Shown: positions 16,293-27,287, numbered from the stretch's first letter. The stretch: 58,325 nucleotides of DNA from a virus (IMGVR_UViG_3300032334_000450:1-58325); one strand, 5' to 3'. Notes: generated by a model not told the origin, from the sequence alone. Translations and numbers: made by a program.

Positions 16293-17255
16293 ATGGCATT
16301 ACCAAGGCAAGTTGAAGCCCAGTTAAAAGAACTGGAAGAGATCGAAAAGCAGCTAGCTGCACAGCAAAATCCGCAGGACCCCCCTGCAGAACCTGAACCA
16401 CAGCAAGCACAGCCGGAAGAACCCGCCCAGAACCCTGAACCGGTGGCACCACAGCCCGAGGTGAAGTCAGAAAAACCAGTTGAACCGGAAGTACCGGAAG
16501 AGACATGGCAGCAGAAATACAAAACCCTCAAGGGTATGTACGATGCCGAAGTGCCTCGCTTGCATTCAGATGTAAGAGAACTGCGCTCACAAATGGAAAG
16601 ACTCCAAAAAGCCGCAGAAACTCCTAAGTCAGAACCCAAGCCCGCGAAGATGGAGAAGCTGGTTACGGATGCTGATGTTCAAGCATTCGGCGAGGACTTA
16701 ATTGAAGTCCAACGCAAAGTTGCCCGCGAAGTGGCAGCAGAGTTTCGAGGTGAACTCGATGCGATGAAAGCTGAGAATGAGAAGTTGCGCGAGCAGTTGA
16801 CCATGACCGGCAGCCAAGTATCTGAGGCATCCTTTGAGCAGCGTCTGTACCGTTTGGTTCCAGACTTCCAGACAGTTAACGCCGACGAACGTTGGATTGG
16901 CTGGCTGAATGAGGTTGATCCTCTGCTCAGAGCACCTAGAAAATCTGTTGCACAAGATGCGTTCAACCGAGGCGATGCTGAAGCCGTTGCACACTACATT
17001 GGGATGTTCAAATCGAGCGTCGCCCCTGCAGAGCAACCAAGTGATAGAGCCGCTGAACTTGAAAAACAAATCCAGCCGAAACGATCTGCATCTACTGCAC
17101 CAGTTTCACAACAGGCCAAAACATACACGGATGCACAAGTCCAGAAGATGTTCCAACGGTCTGTCGAACTGAGCTCTAGAGGGCAGCGCGATGAGGCAAT
17201 GAAACTTGAAGCTGAAATTGATGCGGCTTACAGAGAAGGACGCGTGAGAGCGTAA
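16293..17255 (+). CDS. capsid scaffolding protein
   Basis: P/E/Q-rich N-terminus, coiled coil, C-terminal AYREGRV; directly before capsid. Confidence 0.8.
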   Translation: MALPRQVEAQLKELEEIEKQLAAQQNPQDPPAEPEPQQAQPEEPAQNPEPVAPQPEVKSEKPVEPEVPEETWQQKYKTLKGMYDAEVPRLHSDVRELRSQMERLQKAAETPKSEPKPAKMEKLVTDADVQAFGEDLIEVQRKVAREVAAEFRGELDAMKAENEKLREQLTMTGSQVSEASFEQRLYRLVPDFQTVNADERWIGWLNEVDPLLRAPRKSVAQDAFNRGDAEAVAHYIGMFKSSVAPAEQPSDRAAELEKQIQPKRSASTAPVSQQAKTYTDAQVQKMFQRSVELSSRGQRDEAMKLEAEIDAAYREGRVRA

Positions 17256-17308
17256 TCCCTGCGAGCAGCATTTACCCAACCTGTTTTTATTTTTTATAGG
17301 AGGCCAAA

Positions 17309-18316
17309 ATGGCTGCTGTTTTCCCCGTCACGGGCTCTGGTGCATTTGACACCAACCCTTCCTACTCCGGTGCCTTTATCCCCACGCTGTGGTCAGGCAA
17401 ACTCTTGGCTAAGTTCTACCAGAACACCATGTTGTCTGAAGTCGCTAACACCGACTACGAAGGTGAATTGAAGAACCAAGGCGATACCGTCCGTATCCGT
17501 CTGGCTCCTTCCATCAGCATTTCTGACTACACTGTTGGTCAGACTCTGTCTTACGAAGTCCCCACTCCTATCTACCAAGATATGCAAGTGAACAAGGGTA
17601 AGTACTTCGGCGTGCAAGTCAATGACGTGTTGGCCTATCAGTCCGACATGAACTTGATGAACATGTTCACAGAAGACGCTGCCAAGCAGTTGAAAATCGC
17701 CATCGAAAACGAAGTGTTCTTCAACAGCTTCGTGACTGAAGGCCCTGCTGCTCAAAACGAAGGCGCTACTGCCGGTAAGATTTCTGCTGCTTACAACTTG
17801 GGCACAGATACAACTCCTATCGACCAATCCACTCCTGAAAACGTGTTGAAGGCTATCCTCCGCATGTCTACAGTTTTGGATGAGCAGAACGTTCCTGAAG
17901 ATGGCCGTTTCTTGATCTTGTCTCCCTATGACCGTCACCTGTTGATGCAATCTAGCATCGCTCAGGCTTACTTCACTGGCGACCAGTCAAGCACCATCCG
18001 TACCGGCAAGATCGGTATGTTGGACCGCTTCAGCGTGTATGTGTCTAACTTGTTGCCCCGTGGTGAAGCTGGTAAAGCTTTGGTTGCTGGTTTGTCTGCT
18101 ACCTCCTCTGGCGGTGCTGTGACCAACGCTAAGGCTCGTCGTATTATGGTTGCTGGTACAAAGGCTGCTACGTCTTTCGCCATGACCATTAACAAGACAG
18201 AACCCCTGCGTAACCAAACAGACTTCGGCGATATCGTCCGCGGTTTGGCTGTGTACGGCCGTAAGGTTGTTAAGCCTGAAGCCTTGGTAACTGCTACTGT
18301 TGGCTCTGCCACTTGA
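17309..18316 (+). CDS. major capsid protein (HK97 fold, P22-coat-like)
   Basis: FIPTLWSGKLL, NTDYEGE, GDTVRI, LDEQNVPEDGR, VYGRKVVKP; GGAGG RBS; strong terminator after. Confidence 0.93.
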   Translation: MAAVFPVTGSGAFDTNPSYSGAFIPTLWSGKLLAKFYQNTMLSEVANTDYEGELKNQGDTVRIRLAPSISISDYTVGQTLSYEVPTPIYQDMQVNKGKYFGVQVNDVLAYQSDMNLMNMFTEDAAKQLKIAIENEVFFNSFVTEGPAAQNEGATAGKISAAYNLGTDTTPIDQSTPENVLKAILRMSTVLDEQNVPEDGRFLILSPYDRHLLMQSSIAQAYFTGDQSSTIRTGKIGMLDRFSVYVSNLLPRGEAGKALVAGLSATSSGGAVTNAKARRIMVAGTKAATSFAMTINKTEPLRNQTDFGDIVRGLAVYGRKVVKPEALVTATVGSAT

Positions 18317-18330
18317 TAGTGGTATAAACT

Positions 18331-18354
18331 GGGGGCCTTCGGGCCCCCTTTTTT
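18331..18354 (+). terminator. intrinsic terminator after capsid gene
   Basis: GGGGGCC-TTCG-GGCCCCC-TTTTTT. Confidence 0.92.
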
Positions 18355-18373
18355 GTTTAATCTTGGAGAAAAT

Positions 18374-18646
18374 ATGACTGCTCTTGAACTAATGACACGC
18401 CTCGGTGGCGAAGTCCTGAACAACAAAATTCGCGCAAACATCGATGGTGAGATCGTTATTGTTGCCCGCCTTGAAGACCAAGACTGGGTTTTGACCGATC
18501 GCGGCATTTTGTTGGCTAATGAGCATTCTAATTTGGCCGTGGCTGAAACAGCTACAACAAAAACTCGCAAAACTAAAGCACAACTGGTAGAATCTGTTGA
18601 AGTTACCGGTGAACCAACCGTTGGTCTCACGCAAGCTACCGAATAA
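18374..18646 (+). CDS. hypothetical virion-module protein
   Basis: GGAG RBS before ATG 18374. Confidence 0.7.
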   Translation: MTALELMTRLGGEVLNNKIRANIDGEIVIVARLEDQDWVLTDRGILLANEHSNLAVAETATTKTRKTKAQLVESVEVTGEPTVGLTQATE

Positions 18647-18654
18647 GGTACATC

Positions 18655-19287
18655 ATGAAACCTCTGAGCGCTTTTTACCCAAGAATACTGCCGTATTTAC
18701 CCGGCTGCTCAGAGCCGTTGGTCGATCAGGTTTTGGTCAATTCCGCGATTGAGTTTGCTGAGACGTCTTTGACGTTACGCCAGAACCTTGATTCTTTCCG
18801 CACTATTGCCGGTGTTGACCAGTATGATCTTGACCCACCCACAGTTAACCATGACATTAATCGTGTTCGTGGTGTCACTCTTGACGGTAAAGAATTGACA
18901 GCGGGTTTGTTTGAAGCAATCCGCAATGATCTGCCAACAGCGCAAGCAAAGCCACGCGGTTTTTACACTGACCGCACAGATAACACATTCACTCTGAAGT
19001 TGTCACCACCACCCGACGGGAAATACACAGTTGTAGTCGCTGTTACATTGCGCCCATCTCGTGATGCGGTCTTACTCGACGACGACCTATACAATATCTG
19101 GATTGATCCTATTGTCTCTGGCGCGATTGCTCGCGCTATGCAGGTTCCCGATCAGCCGTTCACCAATTTTGCTAGAGCCCAACAGTTGATGGACTCAGCC
19201 GCTACTCAGACCAACGCCTCTCGTATTGAGGGCAACTATGGTTTGGTTCGCGGTTCCATGCGCGTTCGTCCCCGTCCTTTTGCTTGA
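18655..19287 (+). CDS. head-tail adaptor-like protein
   Basis: position; PYLPGCSEP...AIEF...G.DQYDL pattern. Confidence 0.6.
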   Translation: MKPLSAFYPRILPYLPGCSEPLVDQVLVNSAIEFAETSLTLRQNLDSFRTIAGVDQYDLDPPTVNHDINRVRGVTLDGKELTAGLFEAIRNDLPTAQAKPRGFYTDRTDNTFTLKLSPPPDGKYTVVVAVTLRPSRDAVLLDDDLYNIWIDPIVSGAIARAMQVPDQPFTNFARAQQLMDSAATQTNASRIEGNYGLVRGSMRVRPRPFA

Positions 19288-19295
19288 GGTAAATC

Positions 19296-19955
19296 ATGAC
19301 CATTGCAGCACAATCAATTATCCGTCGTGTCGTTGAGACAATGCAGGACAACACGTCTGTGCGTTGGCCAGTGGCTGAACTTGTTCGTTACCTCAATGAT
19401 GGTCAGCGTGAAGTGGTCTTGTACCGTCCTGACTCGATGGTGACTAACGCTACCGTGGCTCTTGCAGGCGGCGCGAAGCAGGCTTTGCCCGCTAACGGCT
19501 CCAAACTAATCGACGTTATCCGTAACACAAGCGGCAACAAGCGTTCCGTTCGCATGACCGTGCGCAACATCTTGGACACACAGAGCCCCAACTGGTACAA
19601 CCTGACAGGCGTGACAGAGATTCTGCACTACATGTACGACGCTCGTGACCCCAAGGTGTTCTACGTATACCCACCAGCAGCCTCTTCAGGCGCTTCCGTG
19701 GAGTTGGTGTACTCTGCCTATCCAACAGACATCACAGAGCCCGCTGACGGGGCTGTATACAGTGCTGTGACCGGTAACATCAGCTTGCCCGATATCTATG
19801 GCAACGTCTTGGCCGACTACATCTTGTATCGTGCTTACACCAAAGATAGCGAGTACGCAGGTAACGCTCAACGCGCACAGGCCCACTACGCAGCCTTCCA
19901 AGCTGCATTGACAACCGAGATGGCTGGTACAACAGGCGTTGCGCCTAAAATCTGA
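19296..19955 (+). CDS. adaptor / tail tubular protein (DUF6682-like)
   Basis: RWPVAELVRYLNDGQRE...RPD and YRAYTKDSEYA motifs. Confidence 0.7.
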   Translation: MTIAAQSIIRRVVETMQDNTSVRWPVAELVRYLNDGQREVVLYRPDSMVTNATVALAGGAKQALPANGSKLIDVIRNTSGNKRSVRMTVRNILDTQSPNWYNLTGVTEILHYMYDARDPKVFYVYPPAASSGASVELVYSAYPTDITEPADGAVYSAVTGNISLPDIYGNVLADYILYRAYTKDSEYAGNAQRAQAHYAAFQAALTTEMAGTTGVAPKI

Positions 19956-19963
19956 GGTGACAC

Positions 19964-20296
19964 ATGGCCGAGAAAATTAAACTCGTACAGGGCGATACAA
20001 AGCCCGCCTTGGTGTGCAATATCACCGATGAGATCACGGGCGCTGCCATTTCGATTACCGGCGCTACAGTCTTGTTAAAGTTCCGTGCTGTTGGCGCGAC
20101 CGATCTGACCGCTACTGTTACTGGTTCCGTGACTGACGGCGCTAACGGCCAAGTTGCTTTCTACCCAGCTTCTGCTCCCGCCATGTTGTTAGGAGAAGCC
20201 GGCGACTACGAAGGCGAAATCCAGATTACTTTCTCTGATGGCACAATCCAAACTGTTTACGACTTGCTGAAGTTTAAGCTCCGCGAGGACTTCTAA
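19964..20296 (+). CDS. BppU-N-like tail accessory protein
   Basis: VQGDT.P.L...G.YEGEIQITF.DG..QTV pattern. Confidence 0.6.
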   Translation: MAEKIKLVQGDTKPALVCNITDEITGAAISITGATVLLKFRAVGATDLTATVTGSVTDGANGQVAFYPASAPAMLLGEAGDYEGEIQITFSDGTIQTVYDLLKFKLREDF

Positions 20297-21480
20297 TGGG
20301 CGTGACGGTTGTCAATAATGCTCTAGCGGCTTCTTCGGCTGTTACAAGAGCAAGGGCAAGCGTCGTCATCGTAGCGCCGATCGCCGAGACTTCGGCTGCG
20401 CTTTTATCCGCTGCAACATTTGCCTCGATTGCTGGGGCATCAATTACTCTTGTAGTTCCTGTTAGCAGCCTGAGCTATATCACAATGGCGTCGGGGGCGC
20501 GTCTTGATACGTCCGGCCGATTTCAATATTTTTCTGAAGTAGTCACAGTAGCGGACACTTCTTTTCGTGTAGTAGGGAAAACCCTTACAGATACATTCGC
20601 ATCGACTGATTACATAACGTCGAAGTCTGCGGACATTGTCAAACATGATAGCGTTTCAGTTCCCGATTTTATTATCCGCACGCTTGAATTTATCCGCCGG
20701 TTCACAGACTCTTTTGGTTTTTCAGACAGCCCATCGTTTTCCACGGAAAAGCCATTAGTAGATATCTTTTTGATATCAGATGCGGCGGCCAAGGGCTTTA
20801 ATAAACCTCGAGCGGATGCTTTCTCCTTATCTGATTCTGCCCCGGTGTTCTCCTACCAAGTAGCGTATTTTGATTCTTTTGCTCTTTCAGAAACTATACG
20901 CCGGACTTTTAGTAAAGCACTGATTGACAGCACGGGCACCACAGACGCGGCTCAGTTTGCTTTGGGCAAACACACCTCAGATATTTTTTATATTGCCGAC
21001 AGTGCTAGCCGAAGCACGTCTAAGGCGCTGGTCGACAGTTTTACCCACACCGACGCTGCAGCAAAAGACACCGCCAAAGCATTGACAGACTCGTTCCCGT
21101 TGTCGGACTTTGCGACTAGAAACACAATAAAAGCTGCGTTTGACTCCTTTGGTAGCTCAGAAACCTTAACACGAGCCCTCGACAAAGGCGTGTTTGACAG
21201 CCTTGTGCTTTCTGATTTCTCCAGCCGTATTATTGGTCGTGTGATTAATGATGGCGTTGCAATGAACGACAGCGCCGATTTAGCGGATAATATTACCTAC
21301 CAAGCTGTAAAATACATAACCAATCTAGTTTTTGTGGCAGACGCAACTACAGTATCTGCCAATCCAAACAAGAACGACACAGTATCTTTGGGCAGCAGTG
21401 GTGTTTTGACTTCCCAAAACTATTGTGATATGTCATACTTCGCAGAAGACTACGTCGGTTCTTCCCGCACATTTTCATAG
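20296..21480 (+). CDS. repeat-rich virion fibre protein
   Basis: ~19-aa periodic K...D.F..SD repeats; C-terminal YFAEDYVG. Confidence 0.65.
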   Translation: MGVTVVNNALAASSAVTRARASVVIVAPIAETSAALLSAATFASIAGASITLVVPVSSLSYITMASGARLDTSGRFQYFSEVVTVADTSFRVVGKTLTDTFASTDYITSKSADIVKHDSVSVPDFIIRTLEFIRRFTDSFGFSDSPSFSTEKPLVDIFLISDAAAKGFNKPRADAFSLSDSAPVFSYQVAYFDSFALSETIRRTFSKALIDSTGTTDAAQFALGKHTSDIFYIADSASRSTSKALVDSFTHTDAAAKDTAKALTDSFPLSDFATRNTIKAAFDSFGSSETLTRALDKGVFDSLVLSDFSSRIIGRVINDGVAMNDSADLADNITYQAVKYITNLVFVADATTVSANPNKNDTVSLGSSGVLTSQNYCDMSYFAEDYVGSSRTFS

Positions 21481-21488
21481 GAGCTTCC

Positions 21489-21926
21489 ATGTTAAACGAC
21501 CAACTCAAAGTCACTGGCGACGTAGTCGTCGAAATCACTGGCCCAGACGGCCAAATTAAGGATCGCCGCGAGATTAAAAACCTTGTAGTGTCTACTGGAA
21601 AAACATTTATTGCAGGTCGTATCGTTGGTACTCCTACAGCTATGTCTCACATGGCTATCGGTTCTAATAATACTGCAGCCGCTACTAACGACGCTGCTTT
21701 GGGTAGTGAGTTGGGCCGCGTTGCGTTGTCTTCTTCCACCTCTGCAGGTGCAGTTGTTACTTATGTAGCTAGCTTCCCAGCCGGTACTGGCACTGGTGCT
21801 GTTGTTGAAGCCGGCGTTTTCAATGCTTCCTCCTCTGGCACAATGCTGTGCCGCACCGTGTTCGCTGTTGTTAACAAAGGCGCAGATGACGCCATGAGCA
21901 TTACATGGGCGATTACAGTTAGCTAA
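21489..21926 (+). CDS. tail/fibre structural protein
   Basis: KNLVV..GK, ELGRV, EAGVFNA..GTMLCRTVF motifs. Confidence 0.75.
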   Translation: MLNDQLKVTGDVVVEITGPDGQIKDRREIKNLVVSTGKTFIAGRIVGTPTAMSHMAIGSNNTAAATNDAALGSELGRVALSSSTSAGAVVTYVASFPAGTGTGAVVEAGVFNASSSGTMLCRTVFAVVNKGADDAMSITWAITVS

Positions 21927-21944
21927 TTTTTGGAGTAGTGTTGT

Positions 21945-24900
21945 ATGGTTGATATTGTTACCCGAGCGGGTAAGGGCTCGCCTCTTACAAATAACGAAGT
22001 CGACGCAAACTTCACCAATCTAGCGGAAGTAGCCGGTATTACCGGAGAACCCATGGGTCATGAAGACCGTACAACCTCCGCGATTAGCTTCAACGCATCG
22101 ACCCGTACGTTCACGATTGCACCTGTAAGCGGTAGCTTTACAGTTTGGTGCAAAGGCAAGAAGGTTGTTGTTAGTTCGGCGCAGACTGTTACCATCCCAA
22201 ACACAACTGGGATGCATTCGATTTATTACGATGCAAACGGCACGCTGCTATCTAAAATTGGGTACTTCAGTTTCTCTACAGAAGCTCCGACTGCCTACGT
22301 TTATTGGAACGCGACAACCGGTGCAGCCCCATACTTTGGCGACGAACGCCACGGTGTTGTTCTAGACTGGCAGACGCACGAGTATTTGCACCGCACACGC
22401 GGCGCTGCTATTGCGAATGGTTTCTTGGCTAGCGGCTATACGCTGAACAACTCAGCTACCAATGCGGCGACGCAGATTGCAATTGAGTCTGGTACGTTTT
22501 TTGACGAGGACATGAAGATCGACATCGTGTCGACTGCTACGCCTACCGCTGGTACATACCAACAGAACTTGTTGTTCCCCGCAAAGATTCCAGTACTGCA
22601 CCTGCAAGGCACTTCGTGGGTTATGGACGCTCCCACAGATTTCCCGTTTAAGCAGGGCACATCCAGACCTCAGTACAACTCCCTCTCTGGTGGTGTTTGG
22701 AGTACAGCAGACGTTGGCAATAACCAACATGCCACGACATGGATTCTGGCTACAAACAATTTAACGTACCCCGTTATTGCGATCATTGGTCAATCTGCCA
22801 CAGATAATCTAGGTGAAGCCGAAGCGTTTTCCTTTGCTGATTTGAGCCTTACAGGTTTCCCATCGGTTGAGTTTAGACCGCTGTACAAACTGATTTATAA
22901 AGCTTCAGACGGCTACGCAAATAGCGTGAACGCCCAACTCGTCAGTATTGTCGATTTGCGTTCTATCTCCGCAGTTGGCTCCGTCGCAAACCCTGCTACT
23001 GACCACGGTAACTTGTCTGGTTTGTCTGACGACGATCACCCCCAGTACTTGAGCGTTGACACTGTTCGTGGCACTTTGACTGCTGCTGTTAAAGCCAGCT
23101 TCTTGCCATCTCAGGCAGGTAACGCAGGTAAGTTCCTGACAACGGATGCCACGTCCACTTCATGGGCTTCGCTGACTAGTGGTAATATTACAACAGCATT
23201 AGGGTTTACCCCATATAACGCTACCAACCCCGCTGGCTATATCACTGGTATTACGTCCAGTAACGTCACTACAGCATTAGGGTTTACCCCATATAACGCA
23301 ACGAATCCTAGCGGGTTTGTTACTGCCGCAGGCGCTCGTGGCGCAATCTCTGTTACCGGTGCAGGTTCGTACGACTCAGCCACTGGTGTGATTAACATCG
23401 TCGGTGGTGTGACAAGTTTCAATACTCGCACAGGCGCGATTACTTTGTCGTCTGCTGACGTTACGACTGCGTTGGGTTTTACACCCTACAACAGCACGAA
23501 TCCGAACGGCTACCTGACAGGCATCACATCGACGCAAGTCACAACGGCTTTGGGGTACACGCCTTACAACAGCAGCAACCCATCGGGCTACATAACTGGC
23601 ATCACATCCAGCATGGTGACAACTGCTTTGGGCTTCACACCCTACAGCAACGCCAACCCAAGTGGGTACATAACGAATTCTGCGTTGTCAGGTTATTTGT
23701 CCAGTGCGTCTGCGGCTAGTACTTATTTGCCTTTAGCTGGGGGAAATTTAACAGGCGCTATTTCGTGGGGCACTAGCCTTCCAAACGCTAAAAGAATTAT
23801 TGGCATTTATCAATCAGGTAATTTCTTCAGCGGCATTGGTATGGATGCTAGCAATGCTGGCGTCAGGATTGCCGGAGATGGCGGAGCCGGAACACTTCTT
23901 GATGTCGGTCAGTATTCGACTGATGGAAACTATACTTGGACATCTCGTCTTTTAGTTTCAACATCGTATGCAAGTTTCAATGGGAGCACAATTCTCCACG
24001 CCGGTAACTACAACTCATATGCACTGCCTTTGAGCGGTGGCACATTATCTGGTAACTTAACAGTTGGTACTGCTGGAAATACTCGCGGAATTCTAAATAC
24101 CAACGGAGATTTTTATAGTTACTACTCAGCAGAAACTAGCCCACGCGTTCAACTTGGCAGAGACATTGGTGTTAGCGGCGGTGCGGGTATTGCTTTTGGG
24201 GGCGGTAGTTATGCGCTTTTAGGAACCAACGACACATCTGGTGCTTCTTTTTACATCAAACTAGCTACAACTATAGGTACTGTTACAACAAGTCCTAGCT
24301 TTTCGTTTTTGTCTTCTGGTTTTTATGTTGGCTCAAACCTTGCACTTCATGCAGGTAACTATAACTCTTACGCCCCAACATTAACAGGTACAGGAGCGTC
24401 AGGTACTTGGGGTATTAATGTTACCGGATATGCAGCCACGCTGAAGCCAACAAATGTAACTAATTCAACCGCATCTACATGGAATCCCGGCAGTCTGACA
24501 TATCAAGCTTGGGGGCAGGCATTTTCGCACTCCAGCATTTCCGGAGATTCTGGTGATTTGACGCTGTGGCTGCGCCCATCGCAGTACTCTGGTGGCGGCA
24601 CTGAGTTGAATATGTACATTGACGGAGATTACTACTCAGGTACAGGTACAGCTAGAGTACTTAACGCAAGTAACTACAGCTCTTACGCCCTGCCGTTGAG
24701 CGGCGGTGGTGTGTCAGGCGACGTTGGTATTTTGCGTAGACGTTTGTCATTCAGCTCCGTTTACAACGACCCGAATCACTCCATCTACAACAACTACAAC
24801 AATATCGATGGTGAAGGTGGTTTTGATGGAATGAAAATTAATGCCTATGCGGGTTTAAAAATACGCACAGGTAACGCATCCGGCGCAGTACCAACAACTA

Positions 24901-27287
24901 TTCTTGACTTAACTTCTTCCGCCGTAAATATTAGCACAGCGCTTCAGCAATCTGGAAATCAAGTTCTCCACGCAGGCAACTACAGTTCGTACGCTCTACC
25001 TTTGAGTGGCGGTACCGTTACGGGAACAACGGCTTTTACGCGCACCGACGATAATGCTATTTCTGTAGGTACTATTCGTGGTCGCGCTGTTGGCAGTCAA
25101 AGCGGAGAGTTTATACACCTTTATGAGCGAGTCCATATTGGATCGCCTGCTGGATGGGGGTCTCGCACTGCACCATCATACGGTCTATCGACATACGGTG
25201 GATGCGCGTTAGCAACCGATACTGGTTCAGTTACCATTGGCGGCAATACTGCTATTCACGCAGGAAACTATAGCTCCTACGCCCTACCTTTAGGTGGAGG
25301 TACCGTAACAGGAACTACAACGTTCTCCCAAGGTCTTCGTATTGGCCCAACACCCGGCGATCCAAATGCGTACATCATCACGCGCACGATGCCAGCGGGT
25401 GATCCGAACGTTGGTAATGAAGCCACCGAGCTTTTACTGTTCCACTCGAACGATCCAGCAAATGGAGCAGGCCCAGATTACATTACGCTTCGCGCTCCAG
25501 CGATTCGTTTCCAGACCTATAACGATGCATCTGTAGCCGACCCTGATAATAGCGCAGGCTGGAATAACCGCCTGACAATTTCTCCTGCCGGTGTTGTCAA
25601 CTCTGTAGGAACGTTGACGCAAGGTGGAAATCAAGTTCTTCACGCTGCAAACATCAACAGTTACATCCCAAACTGGGGAACTGGTGTCAGTGGAAACTAT
25701 TTGGTGCAGCGCGATGGCAACGGCTATATTTACGCCAACCACGTCAATTTTAGTACCGGTATTGAAAATCCATCTATTAACAGTTTCATCACTGAGAATG
25801 GTGACGGTTGGTCTCGTAAATCTTCATTAGCGCATGTTAAGAATTCTATTAAGGACATTGCCGACGGTACTTGGGGTATTAACATTACGGGTAACTCAAA
25901 CTACTCTTCATACTCAAATCGTTTAGAGACAAACTATATTGGTGGCCAACAATTAAACCCACAAACGTATTTCAACAACGGCGTTGGTTTGAAGGTTGCC
26001 ATGACTGCCGTAGCCGGAGTCTGGTCTGACACGTTGTGGATCAATGGTTACGCTGGCGGCGATGTGTTGTCAATGTGTGCACTGCATACGCAGCGTAACG
26101 GCACGCCAAGGATGTATATCAGTACCCAAACGTCTACTGGTACATCATATGGAACGCTCTACGAGTTCTTGACTGGATATAACTACGCCAGCTATGTAAA
26201 CCCAAAAAGTGGCGGTTGGTATGGCTCTGGTTTACCCGGAAGTCGTTGGGGTGGACACAGCGTCAGCGGTGGTGAAATTTCATTTGGCGATGGATTACCA
26301 AACCCCGGTCAGATGGGAATTTTGATCGATGGTTGTTACGTCGCCGGTGAAAACAACGGATTCTGGTCTATAGATAGTGCCAATACTTGGGGTTCGCGCC
26401 GAGGTATGTATTGGGATGGTAGCTACCTGAACTTTACAACTAACAGCGCTACTGCTTATTTTAGTAATGCGTTAATTGGTGGAAACCAAGTTCTCCACGC
26501 AGGGAACTATAGCTCCTACTCTGTTCCATTGGGCGGCGGGACTATGTCAGGCACGCTTTCGTTTAACCAGCCAGTGGGGCTTGGTTTTGCCAACGGCCAA
26601 TACATCAAAGACAACGGCAGTGGCGGTCTTGTTATCTATAGCGGTGCTGCGGTCAATATAAACGGCACATCTATAAGTGTAGGTGGCGATTTGACTGTAA
26701 GTGGAACACTCCGCGCCTACTCTAATGCCATTCGTGCCAGAAGAATCGATTGGGTAAGTGCCGGTGATAGTCCATATTCAGACCCATACGTATTACGTTG
26801 GAGGGGTGAGAACGACGGTGATACTGGAAGTTTATCTTGGCTCGAACTTCAGATGAACGATGATTCGAACGAGGAGTTCCGTATCTATGGCTATTCTTGT
26901 AGTGGTTATGGTTGCGGTGCAATTTCAGGTAATCTTTATCATAGATTTGATGCCAGCGGAAATGCTTGGCATGCTGGAAACGTTACGGCTTACTCAGATG
27001 CACGAGTAAAAGATAACGTAACCGTCATCGGTAACGCAGTATACAAAGTCATGCAGATTCGTGGCGTAACGTTTACCAGAACAGATCGAGCAGATACCGA
27101 AAAGCGTCATGCAGGTGTTATTGCGCAGGAAGTAGAATCGGTACTGCCGGAAGTCGTTGATACTGACGAGTTTGGTATGAAATCTGTCGCATACGGCAAC
27201 ATGGTTGGCCTGCTAATTGAAGCTATAAAAGAGCAACAGTCGCAGATCACAGAACTGAAAAGGACTATTGATGAAATTCGTGGATGA
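21945..27287 (+). CDS. long tail fibre with C-terminal intramolecular chaperone (Peptidase S74)
   Basis: RAGKGSPLTNNEVDANF N-terminus; internal repeats; YSDARVKDN...GVIAQEV...VAYGNMVGLLIEAIKE. Confidence 0.92.
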   Translation: MVDIVTRAGKGSPLTNNEVDANFTNLAEVAGITGEPMGHEDRTTSAISFNASTRTFTIAPVSGSFTVWCKGKKVVVSSAQTVTIPNTTGMHSIYYDANGTLLSKIGYFSFSTEAPTAYVYWNATTGAAPYFGDERHGVVLDWQTHEYLHRTRGAAIANGFLASGYTLNNSATNAATQIAIESGTFFDEDMKIDIVSTATPTAGTYQQNLLFPAKIPVLHLQGTSWVMDAPTDFPFKQGTSRPQYNSLSGGVWSTADVGNNQHATTWILATNNLTYPVIAIIGQSATDNLGEAEAFSFADLSLTGFPSVEFRPLYKLIYKASDGYANSVNAQLVSIVDLRSISAVGSVANPATDHGNLSGLSDDDHPQYLSVDTVRGTLTAAVKASFLPSQAGNAGKFLTTDATSTSWASLTSGNITTALGFTPYNATNPAGYITGITSSNVTTALGFTPYNATNPSGFVTAAGARGAISVTGAGSYDSATGVINIVGGVTSFNTRTGAITLSSADVTTALGFTPYNSTNPNGYLTGITSTQVTTALGYTPYNSSNPSGYITGITSSMVTTALGFTPYSNANPSGYITNSALSGYLSSASAASTYLPLAGGNLTGAISWGTSLPNAKRIIGIYQSGNFFSGIGMDASNAGVRIAGDGGAGTLLDVGQYSTDGNYTWTSRLLVSTSYASFNGSTILHAGNYNSYALPLSGGTLSGNLTVGTAGNTRGILNTNGDFYSYYSAETSPRVQLGRDIGVSGGAGIAFGGGSYALLGTNDTSGASFYIKLATTIGTVTTSPSFSFLSSGFYVGSNLALHAGNYNSYAPTLTGTGASGTWGINVTGYAATLKPTNVTNSTASTWNPGSLTYQAWGQAFSHSSISGDSGDLTLWLRPSQYSGGGTELNMYIDGDYYSGTGTARVLNASNYSSYALPLSGGGVSGDVGILRRRLSFSSVYNDPNHSIYNNYNNIDGEGGFDGMKINAYAGLKIRTGNASGAVPTTILDLTSSAVNISTALQQSGNQVLHAGNYSSYALPLSGGTVTGTTAFTRTDDNAISVGTIRGRAVGSQSGEFIHLYERVHIGSPAGWGSRTAPSYGLSTYGGCALATDTGSVTIGGNTAIHAGNYSSYALPLGGGTVTGTTTFSQGLRIGPTPGDPNAYIITRTMPAGDPNVGNEATELLLFHSNDPANGAGPDYITLRAPAIRFQTYNDASVADPDNSAGWNNRLTISPAGVVNSVGTLTQGGNQVLHAANINSYIPNWGTGVSGNYLVQRDGNGYIYANHVNFSTGIENPSINSFITENGDGWSRKSSLAHVKNSIKDIADGTWGINITGNSNYSSYSNRLETNYIGGQQLNPQTYFNNGVGLKVAMTAVAGVWSDTLWINGYAGGDVLSMCALHTQRNGTPRMYISTQTSTGTSYGTLYEFLTGYNYASYVNPKSGGWYGSGLPGSRWGGHSVSGGEISFGDGLPNPGQMGILIDGCYVAGENNGFWSIDSANTWGSRRGMYWDGSYLNFTTNSATAYFSNALIGGNQVLHAGNYSSYSVPLGGGTMSGTLSFNQPVGLGFANGQYIKDNGSGGLVIYSGAAVNINGTSISVGGDLTVSGTLRAYSNAIRARRIDWVSAGDSPYSDPYVLRWRGENDGDTGSLSWLELQMNDDSNEEFRIYGYSCSGYGCGAISGNLYHRFDASGNAWHAGNVTAYSDARVKDNVTVIGNAVYKVMQIRGVTFTRTDRADTEKRHAGVIAQEVESVLPEVVDTDEFGMKSVAYGNMVGLLIEAIKEQQSQITELKRTIDEIRG

